A DNA stretch of 58,751 nt from a virus (lineage: Duplodnaviria; Caudoviricetes), in the IMG/VR virus record IMGVR_UViG_3300046168_000001, positions 1-58,751 of that record. The stretch is one strand, 5' to 3'. The translations under genes and the position numbers were made by a program. A model generated the notes under the pieces. The model had not been told where the DNA came from. It did no database searches and saw nothing but the letters and a program-made list of their open reading frames with translations. Below, piece after piece: positions 19,763-29,865 of the stretch. Numbering within the stretch: the first letter of the stretch is position 1; every line of letters begins with the position of its first letter.

Positions 19763-20350
19763 ATGACAAGTATATTAAAAGTAGACTCCATCCTAAAAGC
19801 AGATGGCAGCGCACATGATTTTGTAAGCTCTAACATATTAGAAACATTTACAGTGGTTTGTAACGGTGAAGCTATCACAGTACCGTCTGGTACTTATACC
19901 CCAACGAATGTAACAGCTAGTTATGCTTTAACTGATAGCCATGTAGTTACTACTGGTTCTAGTATTTCTTATACCCCACCGACAGGAACAACTAGCGTAA
20001 TTTATGAATTTCAATATAAAGTTGCATGGGAAAATACATCATATCCGGGAATTATTCATACAGCAATGAGAATAGACGGAACGCAAATTACAGGCTCAAG
20101 ACAAACCTCTGGATACGCTGGTACATATGACCAAATGCATAATCATTTTAAGTGGCGTATCCCCATTGGTGGTACTGCTTCTTCAGCAACAGGGCGTGTT
20201 GCTAGTTGGACATCAGCAAAAACAATTGATATGACAGCTAGAAGATATAATTCCAGTTATCCGGGAAAGGTGCATCATACTCATTATTGGGACGGTGGCA
20301 ACGCTGGTTTTCCTGACCTGCCAATTTTATCTATTACAGCATTAAAGTAG
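19763..20350 (+). CDS. Tail fibre/tip module protein
   Basis: MTSILKVDSI N-terminus; GSSISYTPP.G...VIYEF. Confidence 0.65.
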   Translation: MTSILKVDSILKADGSAHDFVSSNILETFTVVCNGEAITVPSGTYTPTNVTASYALTDSHVVTTGSSISYTPPTGTTSVIYEFQYKVAWENTSYPGIIHTAMRIDGTQITGSRQTSGYAGTYDQMHNHFKWRIPIGGTASSATGRVASWTSAKTIDMTARRYNSSYPGKVHHTHYWDGGNAGFPDLPILSITALK

Positions 20351-20359
20351 GAGACAGAT

Positions 20360-20863
20360 ATGGCATTAACAAAATTAAACAATCAGTCTCTTAGCGCAGT
20401 TACATCGGCTGGTATTCCTATTCGTAGTGGTAGTGTGTTGCAGGTTTTAAACACAACATTTAATACTCAAGTGGCGACTACATCTCAAACGCCATCAGCA
20501 ACTGGATTGGCGCAGACCATTACTCCTAATTTTGCCAACAGCAAGTTATTAGTCCATATAGACGCTTCTGTTTACAACAACACTGCTTCTAAAGGTGTTG
20601 ATTTATATCTTTATAGAGATGGAAGTGCAGTAACTTTAGTCTCAGGAACTGCTGGTGGAAGATTTGCTTATGTTCATTCCTACAATACCGGCGGTCAATC
20701 AATTACGAGTAGTAGTTTTAGTTTTTTAGCAGATGCTGGAAGTACATCAGCAACAACATTTCAACTTTACTTTGCAAATGGCATTGCTGGCGGAACTGCC
20801 TATGTCAATGTGAATGGCGCAAGTGATACTGCTGCAATAACTGTAATGGAAATCGCTGGATAA
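20360..20863 (+). CDS. Tail fibre/tip module protein (paralog of 18611)
   Basis: GSVLQV, TGL..TITP..ANSK, ITVMEIAG end. Confidence 0.65.
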   Translation: MALTKLNNQSLSAVTSAGIPIRSGSVLQVLNTTFNTQVATTSQTPSATGLAQTITPNFANSKLLVHIDASVYNNTASKGVDLYLYRDGSAVTLVSGTAGGRFAYVHSYNTGGQSITSSSFSFLADAGSTSATTFQLYFANGIAGGTAYVNVNGASDTAAITVMEIAG

Positions 20864-21066
20864 TGAAAACGGTACAAGAAGTTTCACCAGAATTACGAGT
20901 TGCTATAGAGCTAGAAGCACACGAAAAAGAATGTGCTGTACGTTATAAAGCAGTGGAAGATAAACTATCAGGTCTCGACAAAAGACTGTGGAGACTTGAA
21001 GCAATGATAATGGGATCAACGGTTATAGTCGTTGGCCTAGCATCCTCTCTCTTAATGAAAATGTGA
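20863..21066 (+). CDS. Small coiled-coil plus TM protein (lysis-region)
   Basis: HEKECAVRY..., C-terminal TM. Confidence 0.6.
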   Translation: MKTVQEVSPELRVAIELEAHEKECAVRYKAVEDKLSGLDKRLWRLEAMIMGSTVIVVGLASSLLMKM

Positions 21067-21073
21067 GGTTAAA

Positions 21074-21559
21074 ATGATCGCGGAAACAATGGCAGGTATA
21101 GCACTAGTTAAAGGCGCGGTTGACGGTATCAAAAGTATGATCGGTACTGCCAATGATGTAAGCGAAATAGCTGGGTATATAGATAAGTTGTTTGAGGGCG
21201 AAAAACAAGTACAACAACAAAGAAATAAAAAAGCTGGAGTAGATAACTTTGGGGGTATCGGAGGTGTTGCATCTGAAGTTATAGATGCTAGACTGGCTAA
21301 AGAAAAACTTCAAGAAGTAGCTACATTAGTTGATATGCGATTTGGTCATGGAACATGGAAATCTATTCTTGATGAAAGAGCTAAAAGACTTAGAGAAGAA
21401 AAAGAAAGAATAGCAGCTTTTAAAAAAGCACAAAGAATAAAAGCACAAGAAAGAGAAGATTTAATAAAACAAATATTAATTGCTGGTGGATGTGTTGCTG
21501 CTGTTATAGTAATAATAATTGCTATGGCGGTATCAATATCTCGTGCACCAGTAACTTAG
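21074..21559 (+). CDS. Hypothetical membrane-anchored protein
   Basis: Coiled coil then C-terminal TM. Confidence 0.6.
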   Translation: MIAETMAGIALVKGAVDGIKSMIGTANDVSEIAGYIDKLFEGEKQVQQQRNKKAGVDNFGGIGGVASEVIDARLAKEKLQEVATLVDMRFGHGTWKSILDERAKRLREEKERIAAFKKAQRIKAQEREDLIKQILIAGGCVAAVIVIIIAMAVSISRAPVT

Positions 21560-21570
21560 AGGAGACTAAA

Positions 21571-21780
21571 ATGTTTGAAGTATTAGTACTGGTTTGTTTG
21601 GCATCAAACCCTAACACATGTTTTGAGTTAGAAGACACAAGAGGGCCATATGAAACAAGAGAACAATGTGTAGAACGTTCAATAGAAATGCGTGAATTTA
21701 TAAATGAAATGCCAGATCATATACCTCAAGCATATAAGTGTGTACACCATGATATAAAAACTCCAGGAGTAGCAACATGA
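21571..21780 (+). CDS. Small secreted-like Cys protein
   Basis: GAGGAG RBS before ATG 21571; MFEVLVLVCL...C..GPY.T.EQC. Confidence 0.55.
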   Translation: MFEVLVLVCLASNPNTCFELEDTRGPYETREQCVERSIEMREFINEMPDHIPQAYKCVHHDIKTPGVAT

Positions 21781-22172
21781 TATCTGCATTAATAGGCCCT
21801 GTTACAGGACTACTAGATAAGTTTATTCCTGACGCTGATGAAAAAGCAAGGATTGCCCATGAGCTTGCTACGATGGGAGAAAAACATGCCCAAGAACTAG
21901 CACTTGCTCAAATAGAAGTAAACAAAGCAGAGGCAGCTTCAGGCTCTATATTTAAGGGCGGCTGGAGACCAGCAGTTGGTTGGGTATGTGCGTCTGCTTT
22001 TGCCTATCACTTTGTTTTACAGCCCGTCCTGCTCTTTGTAGTAGCCTTAACGGGCACTCAGCTACCTACCCTACCTGAATTTGATATGGGCACGTTGTTG
22101 CCCGTTCTAGGCGGCATGTTGGGGATTGGTGGACTCAGGACATATGAAAAACAAAAGAGGCTAACTAAATGA
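21777..22172 (+). CDS. Holin (3TM / GTA-holin-like)
   Basis: LLDKFIPD, GGWRPAVGWVC, LGGMLGIGGLRTYEK; adjacent to endolysin. Confidence 0.8.
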   Translation: MISALIGPVTGLLDKFIPDADEKARIAHELATMGEKHAQELALAQIEVNKAEAASGSIFKGGWRPAVGWVCASAFAYHFVLQPVLLFVVALTGTQLPTLPEFDMGTLLPVLGGMLGIGGLRTYEKQKRLTK

Positions 22173-22609
22173 ATATAGATAAACTAAGAGAAGAACTTAA
22201 GGCTGATGAGGGATGTAAGTATGAAATCTACTTGGATCATCTTAACCTCCCTACACACGGTATTGGTCATCTTATTCTTGACAGCGATCCTGAGTATGGA
22301 CAAGAAGTTGGCACACCAGTCTCGGAAAATAGAGTTAATGAGTGTTTCGCTAAAGATGTCGAAACGGTGTTATCGGAGTGCAAGAAGTTATATTCCAACT
22401 TCGAACTTTTGCCTGAAGAAGTCCAATTAATTATTGCTAATATGATGTTTAATATGGGCAGACCTCGGCTTAGTAAGTTTGTAGGGATGAGAGCAGCTGT
22501 AGACTCTGGTGATTGGCACAGGGCTGCAGTAGAAATGGTTGATAGTAAATGGTATCAACAAGTAACAAATCGTGCTGATCGGCTTGTACAAAGGATGAGA
22601 GCAGTTTAA
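22169..22609 (+). CDS. Endolysin, T4-lysozyme-like (GH24)
   Basis: DEG...YLD.L..PT.GIGH, NMMFNMG, AA.EM.DSKWY.Q..NRA. Confidence 0.9.
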   Translation: MNIDKLREELKADEGCKYEIYLDHLNLPTHGIGHLILDSDPEYGQEVGTPVSENRVNECFAKDVETVLSECKKLYSNFELLPEEVQLIIANMMFNMGRPRLSKFVGMRAAVDSGDWHRAAVEMVDSKWYQQVTNRADRLVQRMRAV

Positions 22610-22612
22610 TAG

Positions 22613-22628
22613 TATATACCCCTTATAG
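22613..22628 (+). promoter_or_regulatory. Putative phage RNAP promoter TATATACCCCTTATAG upstream of nrdJ and the ejection module
   Basis: Exact intergenic copy of the 16-mer. Confidence 0.8.
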
Positions 22629-22661
22629 GAAAAATCTATTCAAATAAGAGGTAATAATATT

Positions 22662-24407
22662 ATGAGAAATGTAGAATACGCTGGACCAGTCACATCTATT
22701 TCTGAAGAGATTGATGCAATGAAGTATCGTCAAGAAGGTGAGTCCTTTGATGATAAAGTAAAACGCATGGCAGGAGCACTTAATGATACTCCTGAACATC
22801 AATTAGAACTAGAAGACATTTTTGGGAATATGAGATTTCTACCAGCAGGTAGAGTCCAAAATGCTATGGGAAGTAGGCGTATTACTACAGCTTTTAATTG
22901 TTTTGTTAGTGGTATTATTGATGACAATATGAAGTCTATAATGAAACGTGCTGCAGAAGCTGCAGAGACTATGCGTAAAGGTGGTGGTATTGGGTATGAT
23001 TTTAGTAGACTCAGACCAAGGGGCGATCATATTAACTCTCTCGACTCTCAGTCTTCTGGTCCTGTTTCTTTTATGGGGATCTTTGATGCAGTGTGCCAAA
23101 CAATTGCTTCTAGCGGTCACAGGAGAGGAGCACAAATGGGTGTCCTTAGGGTTGACCATCCTGATATACTCGACTTTATTCGCGCTAAACGTAACAGTGA
23201 TAAACTCACCGGATTTAATATCTCCGTTGGGATTACAGATGCCTTTATGGAAGCTTTGGATAACGATACCGAGTACGATCTTTTGTTTGACGGTGTTGTG
23301 CGTGGCACTTTATCAGCCCAAATGGTATGGGACGAGATAATGAACTCGACCTGGGATTGGGCAGAGCCTGGAGTTCTGTTTATTGACCGTATACAAGAGA
23401 TGAATAACTTATGGTACTGTGAGACCATTGAAGCCACTAACCCATGTGGTGAGCAGCCGTTGCCCCCGCAAGGTGCATGTTTGTTAGGTTCTTTTAATTT
23501 AGTAAAGTATCTTGATGAAAGTGCTGGTAACTATACATTTAATTTTACACAGTTTAAGAAAGACATTCCACATGTAGTACGTGCAATGGATAACATTATT
23601 GATCGTACTATATACCCGCTTAAAGAACAGTCTGATGAGGCTAAAGATAAAAGACGTATGGGGCTAGGTGTTACTGCACTAGCTAACGCTGGTGAGCTTC
23701 TAGGATACCCTTATGCTTCTCCTGAGTTTCTTAACTGGACTGAAAAAGTCTTTGCTTGTTTAAGAGACAATTGTTATAAAGCATCTGCTTTGTTAGCAAA
23801 AGAAAAAGGTGCATTCCCTATGTATCGTCCAGAGTATTTAAAGTCTAACTTTGTACGTACATTACCTGCATCTGTTAAGAAGGAGATTAGAGAACATGGC
23901 ATACGCAACAGCCACCTCACTAGTATTGCTCCTACTGGTACTATCAGCCTTGTGGCAGATAATGTCACTGGTGGCATAGAGCCTGTATTCAGCCATTACT
24001 ATGATCGTACTATCCAGACATTTGAAGGACCCCGTGTTGAACGTGTAGAAGACTATGCGTACTCTAGAGGGGTAGAAGGGAGGACATCATCTGATATTTC
24101 AGTTCAAGATCATTTAGCAGTATTGCTGTTGTCTCAACACTATATTGACTCAGCATGTTCTAAAACTTGTAATGTGGGGGAAGATGTGTCATATGAGGAT
24201 TTTAAACAAGTGTATGTTGATGCCTGGAAGGGCGGGGCGAAGGGATGCACTACGTTCAGGATCAGTGGAAAACGATTTGGTATCTTCAACGAAACCGTGG
24301 AAACGGAAGAGAAGGTATCTGGCACGAATGAGGAAATGGTTGAAGAAAAGGGAAAGGTTGAAGCTTGCTTCATCGACCCGCTTACAGGCCAGAAAGAGTG
24401 CGCTTAG
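22662..24407 (+). CDS. nrdJ: Ribonucleotide reductase, class II (adenosylcobalamin-dependent)
   Basis: NCFV, GGGIG, RRGAQM, TNPCGEQ, CLLGS, IAPTGTIS, KGCTTFR; no NrdB beta-subunit gene seen; C-terminal Cys pair. Confidence 0.88.
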   Translation: MRNVEYAGPVTSISEEIDAMKYRQEGESFDDKVKRMAGALNDTPEHQLELEDIFGNMRFLPAGRVQNAMGSRRITTAFNCFVSGIIDDNMKSIMKRAAEAAETMRKGGGIGYDFSRLRPRGDHINSLDSQSSGPVSFMGIFDAVCQTIASSGHRRGAQMGVLRVDHPDILDFIRAKRNSDKLTGFNISVGITDAFMEALDNDTEYDLLFDGVVRGTLSAQMVWDEIMNSTWDWAEPGVLFIDRIQEMNNLWYCETIEATNPCGEQPLPPQGACLLGSFNLVKYLDESAGNYTFNFTQFKKDIPHVVRAMDNIIDRTIYPLKEQSDEAKDKRRMGLGVTALANAGELLGYPYASPEFLNWTEKVFACLRDNCYKASALLAKEKGAFPMYRPEYLKSNFVRTLPASVKKEIREHGIRNSHLTSIAPTGTISLVADNVTGGIEPVFSHYYDRTIQTFEGPRVERVEDYAYSRGVEGRTSSDISVQDHLAVLLLSQHYIDSACSKTCNVGEDVSYEDFKQVYVDAWKGGAKGCTTFRISGKRFGIFNETVETEEKVSGTNEEMVEEKGKVEACFIDPLTGQKECA

Positions 24408-24430
24408 TAATTAATTAACGGAGGAGTAAC

Positions 24431-27400
24431 ATGGCAGAAGAAACAATTTCTGTTACCGATATCGCATCTCAAGGGGTTATCATTGATACTCCTCCTGTTG
24501 CTTTAGCACCAAATGTATTTACAAATGTACGTAACGTTAGATTTAAAGATGGTGCGGTTCGTAAGATATCAGGAGAGCTATTACTTAATAATATTGTAGA
24601 AGATCTTGTACCAGCAAATGAGTTGTTTGGTCAGGTTAGATACTTTGCAGTTTGGGAAAACCCTAACAAAGCACCGCATGGTTGTTATTATGTTTGGGTA
24701 GTAGATTATGTTCGTGCTGGTATTACTGTGGGTCAAAAGGTTTACATACAAGATCACACAGGGACAAAGAAAGATATTACACCTGCTAGTATGACTGATG
24801 GGTTTGCTTTTACAACACATGGTTGGCAGCATACTTTATTTAGTGGTGGATTTTCTTTTATTATTAATAATGGAATTGATAAACCGCATTATATATTAGA
24901 CGCTCCAGGAAATACTAATATAAATAATATCACTTTAGCAGAACTTCCTGGATGGGACAGTTATAATGTACAACAAATAGTACATAGCGATACTTATTTA
25001 TCTGGAAATAGTACTGTATTTGATCTTGGTCAAAAGGTAGATTTTACTGCAAACGAAATTTTAGTTACAGGTACACACGTTAAAACCGCACAAGCAGGTA
25101 GCCCTGCGGGTTCTGGAACAGTTAACGGAACTAACTTTGTCCCTGGAGCATTGCCAGGAACTATACCTACAGTAAGTGGAAATAATTTTCAAATATATAC
25201 CGATACAAATACTAACACAACAGTAATTGTAATTGGAAACCTAACAGCTAATGATACACTTACGGCTACAATTAAATCTAGAAACCCTGTAAATGTACGA
25301 GCAGGTATTGTTCAATCGTTTGGCGATTTGCTTGTTGCAGGTGATTTAACTGAAGTTGATTCTGTTACACCAACTACTATTATTCGTAGACTATCTGGTG
25401 TAGTTCGTACATCTGATGTAGCAGTTCCTGGATCAGTTCCTAATAACTGGAATCCTTTTGCTGCTGGCGTTAGTACTGCTGATGAATTTACTTTGTCAGA
25501 AACTAACGTTATTCAAGAAATGAAATCACTACAAGGTAATATGTATATCTATAGTTCAGACAGTATACACGTTATGCGTCTTACTGGTAATACTACAGCG
25601 CCTGTGTCTTTTGCACCTAATACAGATGAGTATGGGTGTCTTACTACAGGGGCCGTAGTTGAATATGACGGTAAACATTTTGTGGTGGGGACTAATGATA
25701 TTTACACATTTGCTGGAAACCCAGGAAATATACAGTCGCTTTCAGGTAAAAGAGTCACCCAATACTTTTATAATAACCTAAATCCTATACATGAACGCCA
25801 ACTGTTCACCCTTCAGAATCATCAAGAAGAAGAAATATGGGTGTGTTACCCTACACTAAACTCAACTGGAGGGGAATGTGATGAAGCTCTTATCTGGAAT
25901 TATAGAGACAATACGTGGACTATCAGAGACCTTGATGCAGTTGCAGCTGGAGATGTGGGTCCAATTAAGGGTGGTGGCATACCGACTGCAACAATTGCCG
26001 CAACAGGCAATAGCGGTAATGCAGGATATACTAATCGCGGTAAAAAAGAAGTTCAAGCAGTAACAATTAATGGTGCTACACCAAGAGTTACAACAGGTAC
26101 TAAAGCTGCTAAAACAGTTGCAGTAAGTACGTTTAGTAACTTTACTACTGATGTGTTAGAGGTAGTAGACCTTTCAGTTACAGGTGATACTGGACCAAAC
26201 ACAGTTAATGCTGCAAGCACACTTACATACCCTTCAAGTTCTACATTTACTTATGACAGAAATAAAACTACACATCTTGATGGTGGAGCTAGTGCTGTTA
26301 TAAATGGTGACAGTACTATTGGTAATGTTAGTTTTCCTGCTAGTGCTATACTTGGTACAAGTTATGCAGACGGTGCTACAATTACTATGACACAGTTTGT
26401 TGCAGCAATACGTGATTATATTAACGCAAACAATGCACTTGCTGATTTTACAGCTTCTGCATCTTCTAATGTTCTTACACTAACTTCAGATGTTCCTGGA
26501 CCTCGTGCATTTAGTACTTCTACTTTTGCAGTTTCAGGAAGTGGATCTACAACTAACATATCACCTAACTCTACAGTTACAGGTGTTGGTGTGTATGGTA
26601 TTACTGCAGCACTTAGCCCTGCTATTTCAATGACAATAACGGCTCCTGCCGTAAGTGGGGTGCAAGGTGCAATCAACGAGACAATTACTCTTGCAAAAGG
26701 TCTTACGGCTCAAACAGCGATTAGAGATGATATCATTACTAAGCTATCTGCTCTTGCTGTCTTTAATGGTTCTGCTAGTGCTATCTATAGTGTTGCAGCT
26801 AACGGAAATAATGTAAGGTTTACTTCTGTAAACGGTGGTAATCATAGTGCTTTGTCAATTGCATTTGCAACTAGCTATAGTGGTACGTCTTATACAGAAA
26901 CTACTTTTGGTGGTAATCTTACTGATTCAGTTACAGTAGTAACCACAGGTGTGGATAACAGTATACCACAACCTGTTCTTACAGTAACCTTTCCAGACTC
27001 TACAACAAGCTCTACAATTCTTAGTGGTACTCAGACAAGGGCAACAGTTGTAACGGCTGTCAGTGGGCTTATAAACGCCAACAGTGGATGGTCTACAACT
27101 ACAGGCACAGGGCTTGTAACAGCCACTTCTGCTACAGTAGGTGTAATAACTAATAATTTTAGTGTAGCAATAACAAGTGCAGGAACATTACCTTCTGGTT
27201 TTAGTAGTAGTAATTTTACAGGTGCTCAAACAATAGCAGGTGTAGCAGCACACACAACAACGGATCGTGTAACTCTTACACCACCTTTAGGTAATCCGAT
27301 TACAATAAACTTTGATAACACAAGCACCTATCCCGCTTACAATCCAGGCACTCAAAACACAGCTGAAGTTACTGCTATACAAATAGCTACAGCTTTGCAA

Positions 27401-28681
27401 GCAGCATGGACAGATACAACTCATTTTACTGTAACTCGTTCTAATGCTGTGTTAACTTTTACAGCTGTAGATCGAAAAGCTATTACAGGTGCATTTGCTT
27501 ACACAGTAGTTAATGGCGATACAAGGACAGGCACATTAGTGTCTCCTCTTATTGCTAATTCTACAGGAAGTGATATTGCAGTTACTGATGGTGTAGATCC
27601 TATCTATGCAAAAATGACAAGGGTTACGATTACAATTAACACAACAAGTGGTAGTAGTGTAATCTTTGATAGGCATTATGGTGAAGGCCCAGGCCGACTG
27701 CTTGATCCTAGTTTTACTGCAGCAGCTAATGATGACACTTATGGTGACTCAGGGGCAGCTAGTGACTCAGCTTATCTTGCCTTGTATTATAATGCTGATG
27801 CAACTCAAAATGCTGCAGAGTTAGCTAAACCAAATGGTACTGTAGCTACTCTGCAAAGCGCATTACTAGCAGCTTTAGCAGAGATTAGTACTAACAATGC
27901 ATTGATTGTAACACCTGATAGTACATCAGCACCTACAAGTATTGTAATTAGTCCTAGTCAGTTTAGTTCTACAGCTAACTATGTTACTGCGTTTAGCCCT
28001 GCTACACAAGTAGTATCGGCTAGTGTTGCTCCAACAACAACAGCGTTAACTAATGCAGCTGAAGGAACCTTAGTAGCAGCTAGTAGTCCAACTCAAAGCA
28101 CTACAGGAACGTCTATTAGTACTACGTTTGATATTGTAAGACCGTGGTCAAGTGGTCAAACTAACCCTAATAAAATATTTCCTATCTTTGCAGAAAGCGG
28201 ATACACATCTGGTACATTGTTTAATCGTATCAGGTCGGCTGATCTAGGTTTTGATTTTGGTGGCACACCATACATATCTTATGCAGAACGAGAACAGTTA
28301 TCTATAACGCCTAACTTTGATACTGAAACACTAAGCAGTATTGCTTTATGGGCTGATGGTGGAACAATTGCTACTGTAGGTGGTGAGCCTCAAAGAGCAA
28401 CCTTACAAATACGTGCAAGGTCTACTAATAACCCTGGAGAGTTAGCTTACTTAACAACGCCTGAAGATAATACACAAACAGGTTCTAAAGCAAATAAGTT
28501 AACTGTAAATGATTTTACTGTTGCAGGTTCTTATAAAACTGATGTTCGTATTACAGGTCGTTTCTTAAACTACAGAGTTGATGATGCGGCTGCAGATACT
28601 AGTAGTAGTTATTCAGGTACTAATACAAAAGCGTGGAACATATCTGGTATGCAGTTAGGTATTATGAAAGGAGGCTGTTAA
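24431..28681 (+). CDS. Tail nozzle / tubular protein B (P22 gp10-like) with very large Thr/Ser-rich insertion
   Basis: NVRF.DG N-terminus, GCL..GAVVE, EIWVCYP...ALIWNY..NTW, C-terminal DVRITGRF. Confidence 0.75.
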   Translation: MAEETISVTDIASQGVIIDTPPVALAPNVFTNVRNVRFKDGAVRKISGELLLNNIVEDLVPANELFGQVRYFAVWENPNKAPHGCYYVWVVDYVRAGITVGQKVYIQDHTGTKKDITPASMTDGFAFTTHGWQHTLFSGGFSFIINNGIDKPHYILDAPGNTNINNITLAELPGWDSYNVQQIVHSDTYLSGNSTVFDLGQKVDFTANEILVTGTHVKTAQAGSPAGSGTVNGTNFVPGALPGTIPTVSGNNFQIYTDTNTNTTVIVIGNLTANDTLTATIKSRNPVNVRAGIVQSFGDLLVAGDLTEVDSVTPTTIIRRLSGVVRTSDVAVPGSVPNNWNPFAAGVSTADEFTLSETNVIQEMKSLQGNMYIYSSDSIHVMRLTGNTTAPVSFAPNTDEYGCLTTGAVVEYDGKHFVVGTNDIYTFAGNPGNIQSLSGKRVTQYFYNNLNPIHERQLFTLQNHQEEEIWVCYPTLNSTGGECDEALIWNYRDNTWTIRDLDAVAAGDVGPIKGGGIPTATIAATGNSGNAGYTNRGKKEVQAVTINGATPRVTTGTKAAKTVAVSTFSNFTTDVLEVVDLSVTGDTGPNTVNAASTLTYPSSSTFTYDRNKTTHLDGGASAVINGDSTIGNVSFPASAILGTSYADGATITMTQFVAAIRDYINANNALADFTASASSNVLTLTSDVPGPRAFSTSTFAVSGSGSTTNISPNSTVTGVGVYGITAALSPAISMTITAPAVSGVQGAINETITLAKGLTAQTAIRDDIITKLSALAVFNGSASAIYSVAANGNNVRFTSVNGGNHSALSIAFATSYSGTSYTETTFGGNLTDSVTVVTTGVDNSIPQPVLTVTFPDSTTSSTILSGTQTRATVVTAVSGLINANSGWSTTTGTGLVTATSATVGVITNNFSVAITSAGTLPSGFSSSNFTGAQTIAGVAAHTTTDRVTLTPPLGNPITINFDNTSTYPAYNPGTQNTAEVTAIQIATALQAAWTDTTHFTVTRSNAVLTFTAVDRKAITGAFAYTVVNGDTRTGTLVSPLIANSTGSDIAVTDGVDPIYAKMTRVTITINTTSGSSVIFDRHYGEGPGRLLDPSFTAAANDDTYGDSGAASDSAYLALYYNADATQNAAELAKPNGTVATLQSALLAALAEISTNNALIVTPDSTSAPTSIVISPSQFSSTANYVTAFSPATQVVSASVAPTTTALTNAAEGTLVAASSPTQSTTGTSISTTFDIVRPWSSGQTNPNKIFPIFAESGYTSGTLFNRIRSADLGFDFGGTPYISYAEREQLSITPNFDTETLSSIALWADGGTIATVGGEPQRATLQIRARSTNNPGELAYLTTPEDNTQTGSKANKLTVNDFTVAGSYKTDVRITGRFLNYRVDDAAADTSSSYSGTNTKAWNISGMQLGIMKGGC

Positions 28682-28684
28682 GTA

Positions 28685-28852
28685 ATGTCAATTCAAAACC
28701 CTCCTATCACAGAGCAACCTGCTTTAGATTTTACATTGCTTGAGATGGTAAGATTAATAAACGATCTTGAACAACAAAACATAAAGCTGCTTAAAGATAT
28801 TAGAGAGTCTACTAACTTTGCTGATTTGCAATCAAAGGTAAACCAACAATGA
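28685..28852 (+). CDS. Small coiled-coil protein (55 aa; not in ORF track)
   Basis: GGAGG RBS; MSIQNPPITEQ...SKVNQQ; ATGA overlap with next gene. Confidence 0.65.
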   Translation: MSIQNPPITEQPALDFTLLEMVRLINDLEQQNIKLLKDIRESTNFADLQSKVNQQ

Positions 28853-29333
28853 TAAAACTTATAGAGGACAATGACGTATTTGAAGCTATACAGCTTATGA
28901 ATAAGTCAACTAAGAAAATCTATACGGTGGATACGAAAGAAACGAAGCCATATGGATTTCTTTTTTCTTAAAAATTGTAGCCAAACAAAAAGAAAACAAT
29001 CCACATTATATTGCTATTGGTGATTATAAAGATAATAAACTTATTGGGTTTCTTTTAGCTTCTACATTTAAAAGTTATTATAATAACATATATACTATGG
29101 ATGTTAAGGATTGTATTGTAGATAAAGATACAGCAACTCCTTTTACTGTAACTAAATTATTCGATGCGATGATTAATCATGTAAAGGTTCATGGTGGATC
29201 ACGATGGAGAGCAGACTCTATTCGGATGATAGAACATTCAGAAAACTATGTTAATTTACTAAAGTTAAAATACGGTGCAGAGACTTACTACTCAGCACAT
29301 GGTATTATAAATCAGGAGAATGCAAATGAGTAG
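28849..29333 (+). pseudogene. Frameshifted gene (GNAT-like fold suspected); -1 shift near 28912-28918
   Basis: Frame from ATG 28849 stops at 28971; the frame of ORF 29097-29333 is open from 28914. Joined, they read MIKLIEDNDV...STK/ENLYGGYERNEAIW...KLIGFLLA... Confidence 0.7.
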
Positions 29334-29865
29334 TGGCGGCGGCGGTGGTCAAACACAAACTTCAGGAATCCCAGAAGAGTTTAAACCTCAAGTTAAAGAA
29401 GGTCTAGATATTAACCTAGCAAGACTTAGGGAAACACAAAAAGATCCTAATCAATTAGTAGCAGGTCTTAATGCACCACAACAACGTGCTCTTGCTTACC
29501 AACAACAACTAGGTGAACAAGCTGTTCGGGGTACTGGTATTTATGACACTCGTGCTGCAGAAGAACGTGCTCTTAAAAACCTTATGGGTTCTTCTCTTGG
29601 AATGGCCTCAGGTGCTGGATCGTTAGGGTCAGCACGTAGTCAAGCAGCAATGCAAGGTGCACTAGCAGATCGTGCTGGTAAATACCAATCAGATCGTCAA
29701 GCAATGGCTGGTATGGGTGTTGAACAAATCGGTCAAGCTGGTACGACATTCCAGCAACAAGCACAAAAAGAAGCTGAAGCTAAAGACACATCTCTTGCTA
29801 ACTTCTTTGCTAATCTTGCAGGTGCTGGTACAGAGACTAAAACTACTAGTAGTGGAGGTAAGTAA
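29326..29865 (+). CDS. Internal virion (ejection) protein
   Basis: SSGGGGGQTQTS N-terminus, Q/A/G-rich, GSLGSARS. Confidence 0.7.
   Translation: MSSGGGGGQTQTSGIPEEFKPQVKEGLDINLARLRETQKDPNQLVAGLNAPQQRALAYQQQLGEQAVRGTGIYDTRAAEERALKNLMGSSLGMASGAGSLGSARSQAAMQGALADRAGKYQSDRQAMAGMGVEQIGQAGTTFQQQAQKEAEAKDTSLANFFANLAGAGTETKTTSSGGK

Noticed and set aside
23706-23717. Partial promoter-like ATACCCCTTATG inside nrdJ
   Set aside because: Coding (GYPY) and lacks both the upstream TAT and the terminal AG
28665-28687. Possible extra base at the nozzle gene end (GGC TGT TAA versus GGT GTT AAG TAA)
   Set aside because: Would change only the last two residues and cannot be judged without reads
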